A DNA stretch of 61,299 bases, from positions 1 through 61,299 of the IMG/VR virus record IMGVR_UViG_3300007760_000655. One strand, given 5' to 3'. The stretch comes from a virus (lineage: Duplodnaviria > Caudoviricetes). Below the pieces are notes generated by a model. That model did not search any database. It was not told where the DNA came from and saw only the letters and a list, made by a program, of their open reading frames with translations. Positions within the stretch are counted from its first letter, which is position 1. Each line of letters begins with the position of its first letter. The translations under genes and the position numbers were made by a program. Below are positions 58,586-61,299 of the stretch, piece by piece.

Positions 58586-59587
58586 ATGAATAAATTCGAT
58601 TATGTATGGTTAGATGGCTATTTGCCTGAACCTAACCTAAGAAGTAAAGTAAAAATAGGTAAAACTGCAGATGTGTGGTCATTTGATGGCTCATCTACTA
58701 AGCAAGCTACAGGGGATAAATCAGATTGTATCTTAAACCCAGTAGCACATTATAAAACAATTGACAGAATTCGTCCTGACGCTACACGTACGGGTCCAGG
58801 GTTGGGTGGTACTTATGTAATGTGTGAAGTTTTAGACGCAAACTATGAGCCGCATGAAAGTAATACTAGAACATACTGTGAAGGTATAAGTGAGGATTGG
58901 TGGTTTGGGTTTGAACAAGAATACTTTATGTATAAGAATGGGCGCCCACTAGGGTGGCCTAGTGAGCTGAGAGGAGACCCAGAACCGCAAGGAGAGTACT
59001 ACTGTGGCGTCGGTACGGGTAATGTAGTGGGCAGAGCAATTGTTGATAGACATACTGAAGCTTGCATGAATGCAGGAATAGGTATAACAGGTACTAATGC
59101 TGAAGTTGCCTTAGGGCAATGGGAGTATCAGGTATTAGGTAAAGGAATAAAGGCGGGAGACGACTTATGGATGTCCCGTTATATTCTTATTAAGATTGCA
59201 GAGAAACACGGTGTAGAAATCAATTTCCACCCCAAACCTCAGCAAGGTGATTGGAATGGGTCTGGTATGCATACTAACTTCTCTAATAGTTTCATGAGGA
59301 ACGAAGGGGGAGAAATGGAACTGCTAAGCATGTGCCATAAATTAAGTTTAAACCACGAAGTAGCTATGGTATTATATGGTTCTAATAACAACTTAAGATT
59401 AACAGGGAAGCATGAAACCCAATCTATAGATAAATTTAGTTACGGAGTTAGTGACAGGGGAGCAAGTATACGTATCCCTGCTATAGTAGCTACTGAATGG
59501 AAAGGGTACTTAGAGGATAGGAGACCCGCTTCAAATGCAGACCCTTACAAAGTAATGCGACATATTGTCGAAGCATTAGAAGAATAG
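58586..59587 (+). CDS. glnII: Glutamine synthetase type II
   Basis: [54 protein letters not shown]; 333 aa. Confidence 0.93.
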   Translation: MNKFDYVWLDGYLPEPNLRSKVKIGKTADVWSFDGSSTKQATGDKSDCILNPVAHYKTIDRIRPDATRTGPGLGGTYVMCEVLDANYEPHESNTRTYCEGISEDWWFGFEQEYFMYKNGRPLGWPSELRGDPEPQGEYYCGVGTGNVVGRAIVDRHTEACMNAGIGITGTNAEVALGQWEYQVLGKGIKAGDDLWMSRYILIKIAEKHGVEINFHPKPQQGDWNGSGMHTNFSNSFMRNEGGEMELLSMCHKLSLNHEVAMVLYGSNNNLRLTGKHETQSIDKFSYGVSDRGASIRIPAIVATEWKGYLEDRRPASNADPYKVMRHIVEALEE

Positions 59588-59588
59588 A

Positions 59589-59909
59589 ATGACATTAACA
59601 AAACAAGCCGCACACGTAATGCTAGACCGACTTAAGAATAGAGGTTCGGGGTTAGGTATTCGAGTGGGGGTGAGAACCGCAGGATGTTCTGGGTATGAAT
59701 ATGCCTTAGAATATGTAGATTCACTAAATAGTGATGATACTGTATTTAAAAATAGAGGAGTAAATCTTATTGTTGATTCTAAAAGTCTATTGTACTTGTC
59801 AGGTACAGAATTAGACTATCAAAGACAGGGTCTTAATGAGGGGTTTGAATTTTACAACCCAAATGTTAAGGCAGCGTGCGGGTGCGGGGAGTCAGTAACA
59901 TTTAATTAA
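59589..59909 (+). CDS. iscA: Fe-S cluster assembly protein IscA
   Basis: GCSG, NPN...CGCGES. Confidence 0.93.
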   Translation: MTLTKQAAHVMLDRLKNRGSGLGIRVGVRTAGCSGYEYALEYVDSLNSDDTVFKNRGVNLIVDSKSLLYLSGTELDYQRQGLNEGFEFYNPNVKAACGCGESVTFN

Positions 59910-59918
59910 GGATAAAAA

Positions 59919-60440
59919 GTGGTAACAATAATAGATGAGTTTTTGGAACCGAGTTTACATAATTGGATATGTAAAGGAATTATAGAAAATAAATATTTTC
60001 CCTGGTACTTCCAACCAGTTACTGTACCTAACCCATTAATAAAACCTACTTTCAATACCTATTATGAACCTCAATCTAGTTACAATCATTTAATATATTT
60101 AGAGGAGTGGAGTGACTGGGGGCATTTAGTTAAGCCTATAATAGATAAGCTGGAAGTAGATAGAGTTTCTAGAATAAAGGTAAACTCTGTAATTAAAAGA
60201 AAACAACCTACTTTACATGGTTGGCATTTAGACCAAGCAAGGGAAGGAGAAAGTAAAGAAGATTTAAAAATAGCAATATATTATTTAAATACTACTAATG
60301 GGTACACTCTTTTAGAAGATGGTACTCGGATAGCTTCAGTAGCAAATAGACTTGTTATGTTTAATAATACTATGTTACATACTTGTGTTTCACAAACAGA
60401 TGTATATAGAAGAGTTGTAATAAATATAAACTATTACTAA
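59919..60440 (+). CDS. 2OG-Fe(II) oxygenase-like protein
   Basis: WHLD, YYLNTTNGYT, H....TD..RVVININY. Confidence 0.7.
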   Translation: MVTIIDEFLEPSLHNWICKGIIENKYFPWYFQPVTVPNPLIKPTFNTYYEPQSSYNHLIYLEEWSDWGHLVKPIIDKLEVDRVSRIKVNSVIKRKQPTLHGWHLDQAREGESKEDLKIAIYYLNTTNGYTLLEDGTRIASVANRLVMFNNTMLHTCVSQTDVYRRVVININYY

Positions 60441-60449
60441 GGAGAAATT

Positions 60450-60830
60450 ATGGCATATAGCGCAGCAGTACTAGATCATTATAATAATCCACGTAATGTG
60501 GGTAAAATGGATATGGAAGATAGAAACGTTGGAACAGGGATGGTCGGCGCTCCCTCTTGTGGAGATGTAATGAAGTTACAAATCAGAGTAAAAGATGACA
60601 TTATTGAGGATGCCAAATTTAAATGTTATGGTTGTGGCTCTGCAATAGCTTCTTCTAGTATTATTACTGAGATGCTTAAAGGTATGACCGTTAATGAAGC
60701 AAAAGAAATAAAAAATGTAGAGGTAGTCGACCAGCTTAACTTACCCCCAGTAAAAATACATTGTTCAGTACTAGCAGAGGATTCCATTAAGGCCGCTATT
60801 GCTGATTATAAATCAAAACAACATAGGTAA
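60450..60830 (+). CDS. iscU: Fe-S scaffold IscU
   Basis: DHYNNPRNVG, CGD, GCGSAIASSS, LPPVKIHCS. Confidence 0.95.
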   Translation: MAYSAAVLDHYNNPRNVGKMDMEDRNVGTGMVGAPSCGDVMKLQIRVKDDIIEDAKFKCYGCGSAIASSSIITEMLKGMTVNEAKEIKNVEVVDQLNLPPVKIHCSVLAEDSIKAAIADYKSKQHR

Positions 60831-60835
60831 AAATA

Positions 60836-61024
60836 ATGGCACAAACAGAAGACGAGGGCAAACTAGAAATGTCACTTCGCATCTTAGGAAATGAAATAAT
60901 TGGATTCAAGATGGTAGTAGATGACTTTAAAATGAAATGGATGTTACTAGGCATAATAGCTCTAGCAGCAATTAGTTTTGTTATGGTTCAGTTCGGCCCA
61001 CAATTAATGGAGACATTCTCATGA
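60836..61024 (+). CDS. Small membrane protein
   Basis: LRILGNE + C-terminal TM. Confidence 0.55.
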   Translation: MAQTEDEGKLEMSLRILGNEIIGFKMVVDDFKMKWMLLGIIALAAISFVMVQFGPQLMETFS

Positions 61025-61299
61025 ACCCAAATGACTTCGGATTACAAATCGCAGACTTAATTACCCCATTCATGGCAATGATGATAGGTATTATTGTCGC
61101 TTTATGGATAAAAGATTTTGCTACGAAAGTAGCTGCTGGTATGAGTTTTAAGTATTTTGGTCCTTTTAAAGAAGGAGACATTGTCCAGCTTGATGGCAAG
61201 AAAGCTATGGTTATTAAAATAGGATTGATGATGACAGTTTTTGGGCATAAAGATGTTGAACGGGGTTATATATGGAGATACGTTCCCAATGAAAAAATA
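61021..61299 (+). CDS. MscS-like small membrane protein, 3' truncated
   Basis: TM, then PFKEGDIV.LDG...V.KIG...YVPN. Confidence 0.55.
   Translation, partial: MNPNDFGLQIADLITPFMAMMIGIIVALWIKDFATKVAAGMSFKYFGPFKEGDIVQLDGKKAMVIKIGLMMTVFGHKDVERGYIWRYVPNEKI

Noticed and set aside
2068-61199. Numerous short antisense ORFs in the track (e.g. 2068, 5126, 14005, 17297, 25571, 28476, 35606, 48400, 49498, 55609, 57224)
   Set aside because: They lie opposite well-supported genes and have no motifs or SD; shadow ORFs

Overview
AT-rich fragment of a lytic dsDNA phage with T5-like (Demerecviridae-type) gene content and order; the accessory genes suggest a marine proteobacterial host. Read left to right it contains: (i) the end of the late operon, with lectin-like tail-fibre genes (1-10712, +); (ii) a near-complete T5-type replication module on the minus strand (D14, D13, D12, D11, D10, PolA, primase, D6 helicase, D5, split NAD-ligase, D2/D3-like); (iii) early accessory genes (Hsp20, thioredoxin, HIT, NrdAB, D15, porin) plus a cluster of non-coding RNAs; (iv) a probable pre-early/terminal region with four A2-like paralogues, strong promoters with no gene downstream, repeats and Fur-box-like palindromes; (v) terS followed by a >15 kb accessory island (CHASE2 adenylate cyclase, CsgF/CsgG, curlin-like and FecR proteins, bL33, lipase, glutamine synthetase II, IscA/IscU). 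The most notable items are absent from the ORF track: a circularly permuted tmRNA with no recognisable degradation tag, a ~700-nt densely structured non-coding region, an ANTAR-type dual-hexaloop switch over the ribosome-binding site of the phage glutamine synthetase, and a bL33 gene. All identifications are by-eye motif or recalled-homology calls; no searches were run.
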